64,000 nucleotides of DNA from Heteronotia binoei (lineage: Eukaryota), in contig NC_083237.1 of assembly GCF_032191835.1 (NCBI RefSeq), forward strand, positions 19,654,001 through 19,718,000. Reading direction: 5' to 3'. A program made the translations under genes and the position numbers. Below, one piece after another: positions 34,901-48,238 of this stretch; the first letter of the stretch is position 1; the number at the start of each line of letters is the position of its first letter. The notes beneath the pieces are model-generated. The model saw only the letters and a list, made by a program, of their open reading frames with translations. It had not been told where the DNA came from and searched no databases.

Positions 34901-36394
34901 TTCTAACAGATGCAAAAGAAAGAGGAGGATTTCAATTACCAGATCTAAAGCTATACCACGAAGCAGTATGTTTGGTGTGGATAAAAGAATGGATAACATT
35001 GTTAAACAGGAAACTCTTAATATTGGAAGGGCAAGGAAATATATTTGGTTGGCACGCATATATGTATTATAGAAAAAATAAGATGGATGTTTTTTTCTCT
35101 CACCACTATATAAGAAGAAATTTATTAAATACATGGACAAAATACAAAAAATATGGAGATGAGAGGAAGCTGTTATGGATTGTGCCAACAGAAGTAATAA
35201 AAGTATCTTCAGAGATGGATGAAAGAAAGTGGTTACCGTAGTCAATTGTTAAAAATACAAGGCGGTAAGATAGAATTAAAAACGGCTGAAGAATTAAATA
35301 ATAAGTATGATTGGTTTTAAATGCAACAAATTAAGAGCTTGGTGGAAAATTACATTAAAAATGAAGGAATAAGAAAAGATCAAACTGAGTTGGAAAGAGT
35401 TCTGCTTGGTGATAATGACAAGTTGATTTCAAGAATGTATAAATTACTATTGAAATGGTCTACAGAAGATGAAGTAGTAAAGTCTCAAATGATCAAGTGG
35501 GCAATTAATATAAATAAAGAAATACAAATAGAATCTTGGGAATACTTATGGAAGAACTCTATGAAGATATTGACGTGTTATAATATTAAAGAAAATTGTT
35601 TTAAAATGCTGTATAGGTAGTATATGACACCTAAGAAACTGGCAAAAATAAATAATAAGATGTCAGATAGATGTTGGAAATGTAAAAAGCATGAAGGTTC
35701 TTTCTACCATATGTGGTGGACTTGTGAAAAAGTTAAACAGTTTTGGCAAATGATTCAACAAGAGATTTCAAAAATCTTGGGTTATGATTTTAAGAAAGTT
35801 CCAGAAACTTTTTTTTATTGGGATTACAAATGGAAAATTTTTCAAAACAAGATAGAACAATAATTTGGTACTTACTTTCAGCTGCTAGGACATTGTATGC
35901 GCAGTTGTGGAAACAAGATAAAATACAAGAAAAATGAGACTGGATTTTAAAAGTTATATCTTGGAGTGAAATGGACAAACTTACAAGAATCCTAAAAGAC
36001 TATGAGTTGGAGAAATTTAAAATTGAGTAGGAAAACATTAGAAGATATGTGGAAAAAGAATGGAAAATAAAGGGACACTGGGTGATTTTTGATAATTGAG
36101 TTTTTAAAAGAAGGATGAAGATGGACTATAATGATTAAGTTGGGTCTATAGAGGGTTTGTTTATTCTTTTGTAGGATATGTGGTTTTTTCTTTTTTAAAA
36201 TAAGATTCTTGAATTGTTAAGGTTACCTTTTTTTATTAGCAATTTAAGTAATTGACACAGGTGGGGGTCAGGATATGGGGGGAGGGAAGGAGGAAAAGAG
36301 TAAGATATTGGTTAGGCATTAAGGCTGTATTAATACTTTTTTTAGTATTGGATATTATTACCATATGTTACTGAAATAAAATTGTTTTAAAATT
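31983..36394 (+). mobile_element. L1-clade LINE with 5' end present, decayed and internally deleted
   Basis: Perfect 17-bp TSD AAAAAGCTACCACTGCC at 31966-31982 and 36395-36411; single copy in A and B. ORF1 remnants 32675-33453 (coiled coil, RYRWILPEGL). ORF2 EN motif ISWNVNGLN...CLQEVH, RT motifs NYRPISLLNND and FADD, C-terminal RCWKC...HMWWTC. AATAAA at 36375; many stops and frameshifts. Confidence 0.93.
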
Positions 36395-36531
36395 AAAAAG
36401 CTACCACTGCCAAAGTGGTAGCAAACATTTGGGCTGACCACCAGTCGCCTCCTGAATGTTTGGAAGGGGAAGGGCGCACACGAGGCGACTTGGCAGTGTG
36501 AAAGTGCCAAGCTGCCCCAAGCCGTTTCTGG

Positions 36532-36678
36532 CTTTTTTTTCTTTTTCTTTTTCAGTTTTATTTATACAAAATGCCTTGAGTGAAAATCAAACAGTGAGAG
36601 GAAAAACTGCTGATCAGATTGCAAGCAATCAGATTCCAACATCCATCTCCACTGCTACTGGGACTACAACCGGAAGAG
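36532..36678 (-). pseudogene. RPL29: RPL29 retrocopy remnant (unit C): UTRs kept, coding region deleted
   Basis: Poly(A) tract and 3' UTR joined (catcc|atctccactg) to the 5' UTR ending ccggaagag. Confidence 0.75.
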
Positions 36679-38397
36679 CTGGGGTTTTTTTTCCCTTTAA
36701 AGGCCAGCCAGAGTGCTTGCGCTCATGAGCGCATGAGTGCTCAACCCATTACAAACAAAAACAAACACAGAGCAGCGACTTCTGAGGTGCCTCCCTGTAT
36801 GGAGGTGCCTGGCCGCCTCACAGACGGGATGGGGCCACCTCGCTGGGGACCGTGTGGAGGCTCTGAGATGGCTCTTTTTGAGCAGTCCTGCTTTTAGCCA
36901 CTTCCCAACTGCCCCAGAATGCCCATCTGCTCTCAGCGCTTGAGTAATAATTGGGAAGGCCACCCAATTGCTTCAGGGCCCCAATCCAGCAGAGGAATGT
37001 GTGTAACGTAAGCATATGCATCTTCCTCAGCTTGATCACTCATCTGCTTATCCTGCTACATATGTGAACATATGAAGATGCCTTATACTGAATCAGATCC
37101 TCGGTCCATCAAAGTCAGTATGGTCTACTCAGACTGGCAACAGCCCTCCAGAGTCTCAAGCTGAGGTTTTCACGCCTATTTCAGTCCAGCTTAAATATAT
37201 CACATCTAACCATCTGGTGATATCCCAGAAAACAGTGTGATAATTGTCCTGACAGGTAGCCATTTTAGACAGGTCTTCTGTTTAAAACATCTTTGCTTTT
37301 GCTCTGGTCAGTGAACAGAAGCAGATCCTGGTGTTCAAGAAGTGAGACCAAAGCAAGCAGCTCTCTGAAGATTAAACTATGGGGCCTCTGGCTCAGTGAA
37401 GGTTGGTGCAAATTCAGTTTAGGCCCTGATATTTGGATAGGGATGTCAACCTCCAGGTGAGGCTTCGAGGTCTCCTGGAAGTGCACCGTATCACCAGACT
37501 TCAAAGTGCTCCAGAGATGCACACTGGAAAGACAGGGCTCTGCTTTCAATGTATGCTTGGAGAACACGACTGTGGGATTATTTCCTACTAAGTAAAATCT
37601 GAATTTATAGTGCTGATGCTCTGACAGAACGTACTCAAGAAAAATTTACTGTGTTCTGGTTCCAAATAGTGGAATATCTCACCAAACATAATATTCTCCC
37701 CCCCCCCCCCAATTCTCTGTTTTTATCAAGATATGCTCTATTTCTAATATGTTCTGGGCTCACTTTCTCTCCTCTTGTCTGAATACAAAAAACTGTGATC
37801 TCTAAATTGAGTTTGATTAACTGGATGTCTTAATAGAATATTGGGACAGTTCTTTGTACATTCATACAGTAGAATCAGTCAATAGAATGTATTTTCACTG
37901 GATGCTCTTCAGTATAACTGTATGACTGCTCCTTGGTTCTCTATTTTATGGATTACTCTTTCTTTTTCTTATTTTTTTGTAAAAATGTGTTTATTATATC
38001 CTCACTAAGGCTGCATTATTTGAGGTGACAGATTATAGTGTTCTTTATTGCAAACTGAAAATCTGTTAATAAAAATCTGATTAATTAAAAAAAAAAAGTG
38101 CTCCAGAGAAAATGGCACCTTTGGACGGTGGACTCTATGGCTAGATTCCAGGTGGAATCCCTCCCTAAATTCCCCCCTTCCCAGGTTCCACCTTCAAATC
38201 TTTAGGAATTTCCCAATTCAGAGCAGGCAACCCTCTCTTTAGGAGCACGGGCTGAACAATTTTTTTTCCTTTGGTGAGATTTCAAACCACCTAGGGCCAC
38301 ATCTCAGCTGGGCAGAAAGTTGCTGCATGCCGGGTTACTAAACAGGGAACTTAGAGGGTTGGAACTTCTTCCAACAACCGCACGTTCTCTGCCACCG

Positions 38398-38509
38398 GTG
38401 AGTGCTGGCTGGCCTTATATAGCAGGAACCCTGGAAGGCAACCAGGCCAGAGACGGAGATCCTCAACAGTTCTTGAAGGAAGCCGAGAGCACACACAGAT
38501 CGGGTGAGT
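38398..38509 (+). promoter_or_regulatory. Predicted promoter and first exon of gene 3
   Basis: GTGAGT at 38398, TATATAG at 38416-38422, donor at 38504; acceptor AG at 41757-41758. Confidence 0.6.
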
Positions 38510-38794
38510 TCAACACCATCATGTCCCATTTCTAAAGAGGGCAACTGAGAGGACAGCGAAGGTAGAGAAAGAAGTACTTTTCTCACTTCCCCACTATAAG
38601 ATGGACACTCCATGAAATTGATGAGCAGTAGGCTTCAAACAGATTGAAGGAAGTCTTTTTTCACCCAAAGAGTCATTAACAGGTGGAATTCACTGCTGCA
38701 GGAAGTGGTGGCAGATATGGGCATAGATAGCTTCAAGAGGGGATTGGATAAAGATATGGAGCAGTGTTCCATCTGTGCCCACAAGGTATAGATG

Positions 38795-39721
38795 TAGGGT
38801 TGCCAAGTCCAATTCAAGAAATATCTGGGGACTTTGGGGGTGGAGCCAGGAGACATTGGGGCGGAGGCAAGAACAAGGGTGTGACAAGCATAATTGAACT
38901 CCAAGAGAGTTCTGGCCATCACATTTAAAGGGACAGCACACTTTTTAAAAATGTCTTCCTTCCATAGGAAATAATGAAGAATAGGGGCACCTTCTTTTGG
39001 GGCTCATAGAATTGGACCCCCTGGTCCAATCGTTTTGAAACTTGGAGGGTACTTTGGGGAGAGGCACTAGATACTATATTGAAAATTTGGTGCCTCTACC
39101 TCAAAAAACAGCTCCCCCAGAGCCTCCAAAGCCTCCAGATCAATTCCCTATTATACCCTATGAGAATTGATCTCCACATAGGGAATAATGAAGACGTTTC
39201 CCTCTCCTCCTCCCTCCCCCCCCCCGTTTCTGGCAAATCTGATGCAGGGACTGGCCTCTCCACTCACGAGTTGCTGCCAGCTTCTTTACAGCAACAGTCA
39301 CACCATCCCAAAGTGAAGCCTTGCAATCAAGCCTCTGGAGGTGCAAAGGCACATGGTCCTTTGCAGGTGGGGCTTCTCTCCCCCTCCCCAGCCAGCTGAC
39401 TGGGCGCGGGAAGCAGCTTGGGAAAAGGAAGAACGGCTGCTGCAACGGGGCTGGGTGGGAAGGGAAGGGAGGAGGGGAAGCATCGGGGATCGGAGTCTGT
39501 CAAGACCCGCCTGCGTTCGGCAGCCACCTCCACCCGCTCGCTGGCCAGCCAGCCTCCCTTCTCAAGAATCCCTTGCCAGGCTCAGCGCCTCCTCCCCGGA
39601 CGACGCAAATGCTCCTTGGCGCCGTTCCCCCCTCCCCTCCTGCTTCCAGAGTTTTGGAAAGCGGGAAAAGAGGCTGAAAATCCAGGGGTCTCCTGTCAGG
39701 GTGGGAGGCTTGGGAAGCCTA
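38795..39721. mobile_element. C-specific hAT element (TAGGGTTGCCA TIR) with a GC/CpG-rich interior
   Basis: Perfect TSD TATAGATG at 38787-38794 and 39722-39729; empty in A (near 12867) and B. Confidence 0.88.
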
Positions 39722-41470
39722 TATAGATGGAACACTTTGTCCAGGGCAGTGATGTCCTTGAGTCTTGGGGGAATTACAACTGGCTACAGAGACGAATGCC
39801 CCAGGAGCATTTCAAAATGACTTGAGCCTTTTGGAGTTTAGTGGCATTTTGAAATCTTACTGGAGACTTCTGAAAAAAAATCTTGTGGGTTTTGTAGCTT
39901 TTTGCAACTTACGGATGCATCAGAAACACTTTGATATTTTTTTCTGAGCTTTTGTCTATGGTTGAGATATGTTGTTGGAGCACCCTATGCTAGAAGAGGA
40001 TTTGAAGCAGGAATAATCAAGTCGATTATTGGGACTCCTTTGATGGAACTGTGAAACTTTAGGGGAATTGTTATTGCTATTTAGTCTTCTACTGCACATA
40101 TTGTATGATTTTGTTTCAATACATTCTTAGTTATTTCAATACATCCTTAGTTGTTTCAATACATTCTTAGAGAGCCAGTTTGGTGTAGTGGTTAAGTGTT
40201 CGGACTCTTATCTGGGAGAACTGGGTTTGATTCCCCCCTCCTCCACTTGCAGCTGCTAGAATGACCTTGAGTCAGCCATGGGCCTTGCAGAGAAGAAAAA
40301 TAAGAATTGCAGATTTATACCACGCCCTTCTCCCTGAATCAGAGACTCAGAGCTGCTTACAATCTCCTATATCTTCTCCCCCCACAACAGACACCCTGTG
40401 AGGTGGGTGGGGCTGAGAGGGCTCTCACAGCTGCTGCCCTTTCAAGGACAACTCCTGAGATAGCTATGGCTAACCCAAGGCCATTCCAACAGGTGCAGGT
40501 GGAGGAGTGGGGAATCAAAGCCGGTTCTTCCAGATAAGAGTCCACGGACTTAACCATTACACCAAACTGGCTCTTCTTTGAAAGGGCAGCTTCTGGGAGA
40601 GCTTTCTCAGCCCCACCCACCTCACAGGGCGTCTGTATTGGGGGAGGAAGATAAAGGAGATTGTAAGCTGCTCTGAGATTTAGAGTGAAGGACAGGGTAT
40701 AAATGCAATATCCAGGGGTCATTTCGTATAAAATGAGGTGCCAGAGTTCATTACTACAACTCATTTGAATATGCGAAACATTGACATCACCGGAAGATGC
40801 ACTAAATTACCTATATCAGCTTATTAGCCAAATCAAGCTCAGCATCTACCTTAAAATGTTTCTTTATAATTGCCACAATAGAACCTTACTCCCATCATAC
40901 TTTCTCAGTTACTTTCTCCTAGGTGGCCACAGTGGCATGATGAAGATTTCCATCTCTCTGCTTTATCTGTTTTGGTTCTTTCCCCTTTTTTGTGGGGGAA
41001 AAATATTAGAAAATTTGTCAAATCTTAGAGCTCAGCAAAATTCTCACAGGGGGTTTGAACAATGGAGCCCAGAAGCAAATATGTTTTTTTGTTGGGAGGG
41101 GGTAAGAAAGAAAGAGCACAATGAAATTCAGAGGTTCCTTTTACAGCTTAAGAGCCCCATGGTGCAGAGTGTTAAAGCTGCAGTACTGCAGTCTGAACTC
41201 TCTGCTCACGACCTGACTTTGATCCCAACTATGTATTTTTTGACAGCTTGATATCCTAAGATAAGAGCATGTTAACTGAACTATAAACGACTATGTTAAG
41301 TCTCACTCGTAGAGAAAAAAAAATAACTTGGAATGCTTTTTAAATGATCTATATTTTATTGAATGATGCAGAGCAGAAATAGCGATATTCTACCTTACTC
41401 CCATTTCCCCTTTCCCTTTTCTTTTTTCAAAATTGAGTAAATATATTTTAAACCAAAATTTAGAAGTTCC

Positions 41471-41671
41471 CAGGGCTTTTCTTTGAGCAGAAATGCACAG
41501 GAATGCAGTTCCGGCTGGCCTGGTGTCAGGCGGTGTGGCCTAATATGCAAATGAGTGTCTGCTGGGCTTTTCCTACAAAACCCCCCTGTGTGAAACAATT
41601 GTGGCATCAGGGGGTGTGGCCTGAAATGCAAATGAGTTCTTGCTGGGCTTTTTTTAACCAAAAAAGCCCTG
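41471..41671. mobile_element. Octamer-family hAT MITE, unit C allele (2 intact octamers)
   Basis: TSD GAAGTTCC / GAGGTTCC; ATGCAAAT at 41545 and 41626. Confidence 0.85.
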
Positions 41672-41788
41672 GAGGTTCCAGAGTTCTGCTCCTGTGAGCT
41701 CCTGCCCAAAAGGAGGCCTGCCAATATCATCTTGTGTCTCCTTCTCTCGCTTTTGCAGGCCAGGAGCTCAGCTCCGAAGGTCCCAGCG

Positions 41789-42196
41789 ATGTCTCCCTCC
41801 GGCTACACCCTTTGTCTCCTGCTCCTGGTGGCGGCCGTCTGGCTGTGGCTGCCCTGCTGCGAAGGCAAGGACTACCCAGGCTTCCTGAGGAGGCACCAGG
41901 ACTACCCCAAGTCGAACTACGGCAACGACAAGAAGTACTGCAACAAAATGATGCCCCGCAAGGGTTTGATGTGCCGGAGGAGAAATGCCTTCATCCATGC
42001 CACGGAGCAGCAGCTGAGGTCCATCTGCAATCCCGGAGGGCAGATCCAGAACGGCATCACCACCAGCAGGGCCATCTTCTCCATCACCACCTGCAAGCGG
42101 AAGAAGCGGTGCAGGTACAAGGGGGAGAGCAAGACCAGGAGGATCCAGGTCATTTGCAAGAATGGCCTGCCGGTCCGCTACATCTCCCACCTGTAG
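41789..42196 (+). CDS. RNase A superfamily protein 3 (135 aa; 6-aa loop deletion, catalytic Lys/His replaced)
   Basis: FLRRHQD, CRRRNAFIH, six Cys, PVRY. Confidence 0.93.
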   Translation: MSPSGYTLCLLLLVAAVWLWLPCCEGKDYPGFLRRHQDYPKSNYGNDKKYCNKMMPRKGLMCRRRNAFIHATEQQLRSICNPGGQIQNGITTSRAIFSITTCKRKKRCRYKGESKTRRIQVICKNGLPVRYISHL

Positions 42197-42502
42197 CCTC
42201 ATGAGAAAGGCGGCTGCTCCTCCCATCGGGGAAATAAGAGCCCCCCTGGCTTCTCTAGCTCGCCGCTCGATGCCCTTGCATCTCTCACAGCACCCAGAGC
42301 ACTCATAATGCTCTGCAAATTCTTACCCATTCCTTCAAATATAAAGCACCAGCTAAGCTGCTGGTGATGTCTCCTCGCCTCTTTGGGACAAGGACGTAGT
42401 ACGGTCGTGGTGCTCGGCCACGGTGAAAGCCCCAGTTGCTCTTGCAGCCTCCGGAAGGTGTCTGTCTCGTTCCTGTTTCCCTGCTGCTGCTCCCCCCCAT
42501 AC

Positions 42503-42508
42503 AATAAA
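42503..42508 (+). terminator. Polyadenylation signal of gene 3
   Basis: AATAAA in the conserved context. Confidence 0.75.
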
Positions 42509-42638
42509 GGCATTTATCATAATGAATGTTGTGTTGATTTCCTTGCACTGGACCGCCCTGTGGTTTTCTCCAGGAAGATACTGTTTCAGAGATTAGTCAC
42601 GTCGGTCTGCAGCAGAGCAGCTCGATTTGAGGCCAGGA

Positions 42639-44093
42639 CATCACCGTGTTGACGGGACCACGGAGGAGAAACTCAGCCACAACAAAGAAAAAACTCTCTG
42701 TTTAAAATACAATACTAGCTTGTTATGAATAATAAGTATCACAATACAAAAAGAATATCACCAATACACATCATCTGAGTCATTCCAAGTTAAAACCTCA
42801 TAAGGTCCTCATTGGTCCTACTGGCCTTATGTGGATCAAGGCCACTATATTATATTCAGTACAGTGTTTGAAAAAAGGATCCAACGAAGGACCAGTTTGC
42901 TTTGTAAGCCGTTTCGGATCTCAAATCCTTCTTCTAGGGACCAATCTTGTGAATATTGTACAGTTTTCTAGGTCCAAGGGTGCGGTCACACGTCACATTA
43001 ATAGCGGGTGTGTAGTGCTCAAATTTGAACTGCTGAATATTGATTTGATGCAGGGCCGATCAGACGAGCATCCAAGAATGCAACTCATTCTGTTGTTGAG
43101 CGATCAGACATCCAATACTATCATGCTCTTTTCTTGGCGCATGCGTGATCAGATGGTGATTTCTTGGGGGGGAGGGTCCATTGAACATGCGCCCAACTGT
43201 TTGGAGGTGAGAAATCAAACATTGCTTCAGAGGCGTGGGTGGGGGGAAGGAGGGAAAGTTTCCGGAATTAATGTTGCTGATTCAAACCAGGGAACTGCCA
43301 GGAATTACTTTCCTAGAAATTGGCAGTGACAATGATATCTGGAAATCCTCCACATAGAAAAAAAGATTTTTTTCCTGTTCTGAATAGTGGGATAATGCCC
43401 CCCCCCCCCCGATCCTGTGTTGATTGGAGAAGCAGAAGTGTCACCTCAGATTCCCGGATGATCTGGCAATGCGCATGTCTGCTGGGGCTTTTTTTTTTAA
43501 AAAAAAAGGTGGGAGGGGCGGTAAACATTCTAAGGGGCAGTATCACGCGTGAGCTGTCCATAATGGAAAAAACGATCTTGTGCCGCTTTTTTGAAAAAGG
43601 GCTGGACTTTCTGCACTATCAAATTAATGCGGCATTGATTCGCAGCAAGCCGGGATGACCCTGGATGACGCTCAATTGCCAGATGTGGATGTCTGAATGA
43701 ACATATTTAATCCATCAGCAAAATGAAGCTGTGTCGCCACTAATGGTACGTCTGACTGCATCCCAGTAGTGCCAAAAATATTCAGTAATCAACCGTGTTG
43801 GTTCTGAGTTCCTAGCTTCCTCTAATTTTCATGCATAATAGTGGGAACGCCATTGTGAAATACAATCCTTGTCAGCAATGCAGCAATGCTGACATACTGG
43901 GGATGTGTGTGTGGGATGCCTGCATTGCTGACAAGGATTCTATTTCACTATGGGATTCCCGCTATTAGGCGTGAAAATTAGAGGAAGCTAGGAATTCAGG
44001 ACCGACACAGTTGATGACTGAATATTTTTGGCAGTACTGAACCTAGAAAATTGTACAATATTCACAAGATCGGTCCCTAGAAGAAGGATTTGA
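42639..44093. mobile_element. Junction insert C/D (Penelope-like palindrome) split by a 786-bp insertion
   Basis: Paralog of 16568-17234; right arm ends ggatttga at 44093. Confidence 0.6.
42978..43763. mobile_element. Harbinger-like non-autonomous element, specific to the C/D junction
   Basis: Ends gggtgcggtcacacgt / acgtctgactgcatcc; 3-bp TSD CAA / CAG; empty site ggtccagtagtgcc at the other two junctions. Confidence 0.65.
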
Positions 44094-44749
44094 CACATCC
44101 AGTCCAACACTCCGTGTCACACAGTGGCCAAAAAACCCAAGTGCCATCAGGAGGTCCACCAGTGGGGTCAGGACAAGAGACGTCCTCACACAGTGCCCCC
44201 CTGCAAGCACCAAGAATACAGAGCATCACTGCCCCAGATAGAGAGTTCCAACGATAAGCTGTGGCTAATAGCCACTGATGGACCGCTGCTCTATATGTTT
44301 ATCCAAATAAAACTTTGTTGGACTTAAAGGTGCCACTGGAATCACACTTCGTTCTCATGGATTTTGTTTGTCTGATGTAATGGGATCTAGACTGTATGAA
44401 GGATGGGATAATTCGGGCAGAGACTGGGGAAAATGGAAGGAATATTCAGTTAGCGGAGAACTCAAGGCACTTAAAGCAGCAGTGAAACAAAGGGTCCCTT
44501 ATCTTTGCAAAAACTAAAGTGAGCCCTTTCTTGTTAGAAACTCCATTTCAGACAAGGTAGAGACAGGATTCTAATCTAGTCTAACTAGCTAGGATGGACA
44601 GAGATGCAGGAAGCGTGTCTTGCCCTTCCGGGGCCAAGATGGAGAAGAGGGTGGAAAGAAGGTGTCAGATGGCAGGAAGGAAGATTCTCTGAGAGTAGAA
44701 GGCTAGACATCAAAGGAAGAGCATCAGAGCAGCAGAAAGGAAGGATTAG

Positions 44750-44838
44750 AACAAAGTAGGAGTCCAGTGGCAGCTTTAAGACCAGCAAAGTTTTATTTGG
44801 AATGTAAGCTTTTGTATGCATGCCAACGTCTTCAGACA
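44750..44838 (-). mobile_element. Penelope-like pLTR remnant with degenerate hammerhead core (D-specific)
   Basis: Minus strand gtCTGAAGAcgttggcatgcatacAAAAGcttacattccaaataaaac. Confidence 0.55.
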
Positions 44839-45019
44839 AGGAATGAGGTACAGTGAGCAGAGCTATTTATAGCTGGTGGGCAGTGGTTTAGAATGCAAAA
44901 TGGTGCAGTGTTAAAATCCAATGGCAAAATAGCGTAACTAACAAATTGAAAGAACGTTTGGTCTGGATAGCATTTGCATGGGAAATGATCGGCAGTCGAC
45001 ATCTCCTGACCATCCCTGA

Positions 45020-45512
45020 CCCAAGGGACAGCCGGCTTGCCTCGACCAGGGCCAGGACCTTTTTGGCCCTGGCCCTGACCTGGTGGAATCAGCTCCCTGT
45101 GGAGGTTTGGGCCCTACCAGATTTCCTGCCATTCCGGAGGGCCTGTAAGACGGAGCTGTTCCGCCAGGCCTATGGCTGAGGCAGGTGGATGTCCTTATCC
45201 TATTATACCATCTAAATTGTCCTCCCTGCACTGATTGCTCAAAATCGGCCGATACAGTTGACATTTTTGGACACCTTGGCTCGGACAAGTATTCCTTAAT
45301 TGATATGCCCACATCATCCATGCTGCCTTAAAACTAATTTGAGAGGTGGCTTAACTGTTTTACTTTTAATCTGTTTTAACTGTTTGATTGTTTTACTGTT
45401 TATCTGTTAGATTGCCTATTGTTAGTTTTAATTGTTTTACCATGTTGGAATCTGCCCTGAGCCCACCATGGGAAAGGGCGGGCTACAAATTGACAGAAAT
45501 AAATAAATAAAC
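45020..45512 (+). mobile_element. L2-like LINE 3' fragment
   Basis: WWNQLPVEVWALPDFLPFRRACKTELFRQAYG resembles the L2 ORF2 C-terminus; (AAAT)n tail. Similar fragment near 62270-62450. Confidence 0.55.
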
Positions 45513-47134
45513 AAACCAATAAAAGGTAATAAAAGCAGAAAGGAAGAATGTTCGGGATCCTGACCTTTCTGTCTCGCTGATTCTCTATAGCCCCCTCCCC
45601 CGAAGTCCATGGCTAAGGAACAGTGCAAAGTTCTTCACTTCCAACAAAAACACAATTGTATGATGCCATGATGTCATTTCCTGGTATCCATGATGTCATG
45701 GTATCCATGATGCCATGGATGTCATGGTATCCATGATGCCATGATGTCATTTCCTGGTATCCCCCCCCTCCAAGTTTTCTCCTCATCACTCCATTGAGGG
45801 TGGGTGAGTGCCAAACAGTGGGGACGGGAGGTGACAACCTGGTAAGACTAGCTCCAGGTAATGCAAACTTATGCTGGAATGTCAGTCTGTAGGCAGACAC
45901 AAAAATCCCCATTTATTTTCTTCTGCAAGAGAGGCAAATGCTGCAATGCTAAGGACTTTTACTTGGAAATCAGGGTTGCCAACCTCCAGCTGGGTTCTGG
46001 AGAGCTCTCCAAATTACACCTGATCTCCAGACGTCAGTTCCCCTGGAGAAAATGGCTGCCGGGTCTACTTCAAATGTCCTCCAATGGAGCCCTGAGATTG
46101 CCTTTGCTGGGTATTTTTCAAATGCAAGAGCTTTGGAGGCCAAAGGTGGCCAGCTCTGAGTTAGGAAATTCCAGGAGATTTAGGGGTGGAGCCAGGGGAG
46201 GGTGGGATTTGGGGAGGGGAGGGACCTCAGCAAGATACAATGCCGTAGACTCCACCCTCCTAAGCAGCCATTTTCTCCAGGGGAACCGATCTCTGACATC
46301 TGGCGACCTGTAGTTTGATCTGGGTAACAAAAATGAGGAACGCATATACTGGATGGGGGATCCACTTCTGGTTAGCAGTGTGCATGAATAAGGTCTGGGG
46401 GTAAGGGTGGACTGTTAGTTCAATATGAGCAGTCAGTGTGGTGCAGCAATAAAAATGGCTAACGCAATCTTGGGTGTATCAACAGAGACATAACATCCAG
46501 ATTGGAAGAGGTCCTAGTCCCATTGCACGCTGCATGGGTCAGGCCGCACCTGGAGTGTTGTGTGCAGTTCTGGAGGCCTCACTCCAAGAAGGATGTGGAC
46601 AGACTGGAGCGGGTGCAGAGGAGAGTGACGAGAATGGTCAGGAGCCTGGAGACCAAGTCCTAGGAGGAAATCTGAGGGACTTTGGGGAATGTTCAGTTTG
46701 GAGAAGAGGAAGCTGAGGGGTGGGGTGGGGGGCATGATTGCTCTCTTGATGGATTAGAAGGGCTGTCGGTTACAGGAGGGCAGGGAGCTGTTCCTGCTGG
46801 CAGCGGAGGAGAGGACTCACGATCATGGGTCACGATAATGGGTTTGGGCATGGAGCAGGGGTCACTGGGGATGTGTGTGTTGGGAGATTTATTAAGTTCC
46901 TGCACAATGCGGGGGGTCAGACTAGATGACCTTGGAGGTCCCTTCCAACTTTATGATTCCATGGTTCTAAATTAAGGGCGGGAAGGTACTGGCTGGATAT
47001 TAGGAAAAAAAGCTTTTGTTACAGTCAGAGTTGTTCAGCAGTGGAATCAGAGACTAAGGAAGGTGGGTGAGTTCCCCTTCACTGGCAGCCTTGAAGCAAC
47101 AGCTGGACAGACCCTTTTCAGGGATGCTCTAGGC

Positions 47135-47270
47135 CAGGAGTGGCCAATGTTAGCTCTCCAGATGTTTTTTGCCTACAACTCCTATCAACCCCAGCCATTG
47201 GCTTTGCTGGCTGGGGCTGATGGGAGTTGTAGGCAAAAAACAACTAGAGAGCTACTGCTGGCCACCCCTG
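47135..47270. mobile_element. Hairpin hAT MITE (CAGGGGTGGCCAA TIR); further copies at 58112-58249, 58895-59030 and 59609-59742
   Basis: Self-complementary ~136 bp; TSDs CTCTAGGC, ACCT(G/A)TCA, CCTAATC and CTATAGAG respectively. Confidence 0.85.
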
Positions 47271-48066
47271 CTCTAGGCTGATCCTGTGTTGAGCAGGTAG
47301 GTTGGACTAGATGGCCTGTATGGTCCCTTCCAGCTCTGTGATTCTATGAAATCACTTGTAATTCCTAGAAGTCTCCAAAGCCACCTGGGGGTTGGCAACC
47401 CTACAGAGGTCATCTATGCTTTGAAGTTGTCATCAGGGGTGGAATTCTTGCAGGAGTTCCTTTGCATATTAGGCCACACCCCCTGATGTAGCCAATCCTC
47501 CAAGAGCTTACAGTAGGCCCTGTGCTAAGAGCCCTGTAAGCTCCAGGAGGATTGGCTACATCAGGGGTGTGTGGCCTAATATTCAAAGGAGCTCCTGCTA
47601 GAATCCCACCCTTGGTTGTTATCAAATCACAGCTCACTCACAGTGACCCCCAGTAGGATTTCCCAGGCAAGAGAGGTCCAGAGGTGGGTTGCCATGGCCT
47701 GCCTTCATGTCATGACCCTGGTCTTCCCTGGTCCGTACTGGAACAAATTCAAGATATTCTTGATAACATGTCGTTGGAGCCTAAACTTCAGAGAGAAGCC
47801 GGCGAAAGATCTAACCAAACCTTTTGTAACACCTAATTCAGGGAACTCTTTGTGTGTCCCAACTCAGGTCCGTTGGTGGTTTAGCTACCCAACAGGAGAA
47901 GGTTGCAAAAGGAGGCTTCCGATATTTGTTCAGGAGGCAGGTCAGGAAACTGGAAGGATTAGCCTAATGTGGGGGTTGTGACAGGACCTCTGCGGGAAGC
48001 TTCCAGTGGAAGCCTGGACTTGTTGGGGACACCACGGCCAGATGACTCCCAAATCATAGCCGTCCA

Positions 48067-48238
48067 CAGGGCTTTTTTTTGTAGCAGGAACTCCTTTGCC
48101 TGTTAGGCCACCACCCCTGATGTAGCCAATCCTCCAGGGCTCTTAGTACAGGGCCTACTGTAAACTCCAGGAGAATTGGCTACATCAGTGGGGTGTGGCC
48201 TAATATGCAAAGGAGTTCCTGCTACAAAAAAAGCCCTG
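48067..48238. mobile_element. hAT MITE (CAGGGCTTTTTT TIR), D-specific
   Basis: Perfect TSD GCCGTCCA; empty site in A, B and C. Confidence 0.85.

Larger units (their letters stand above)
28772..42638 (+). repeat. Segmental duplication unit C (contains RNase gene 3 and the L1)
   Basis: Colinear with A and B; lacks ~1.7 kb equivalent to A 7711-9445 (junction near 31651). Confidence 0.9.

Noticed and set aside
41789-42196. Gene 3 as a gene-conversion mosaic of genes 1/2 and gene 4
   Set aside because: Its shared N- and C-terminal motifs with gene 4 are explained as ancestral states under ((1,2),3),4.
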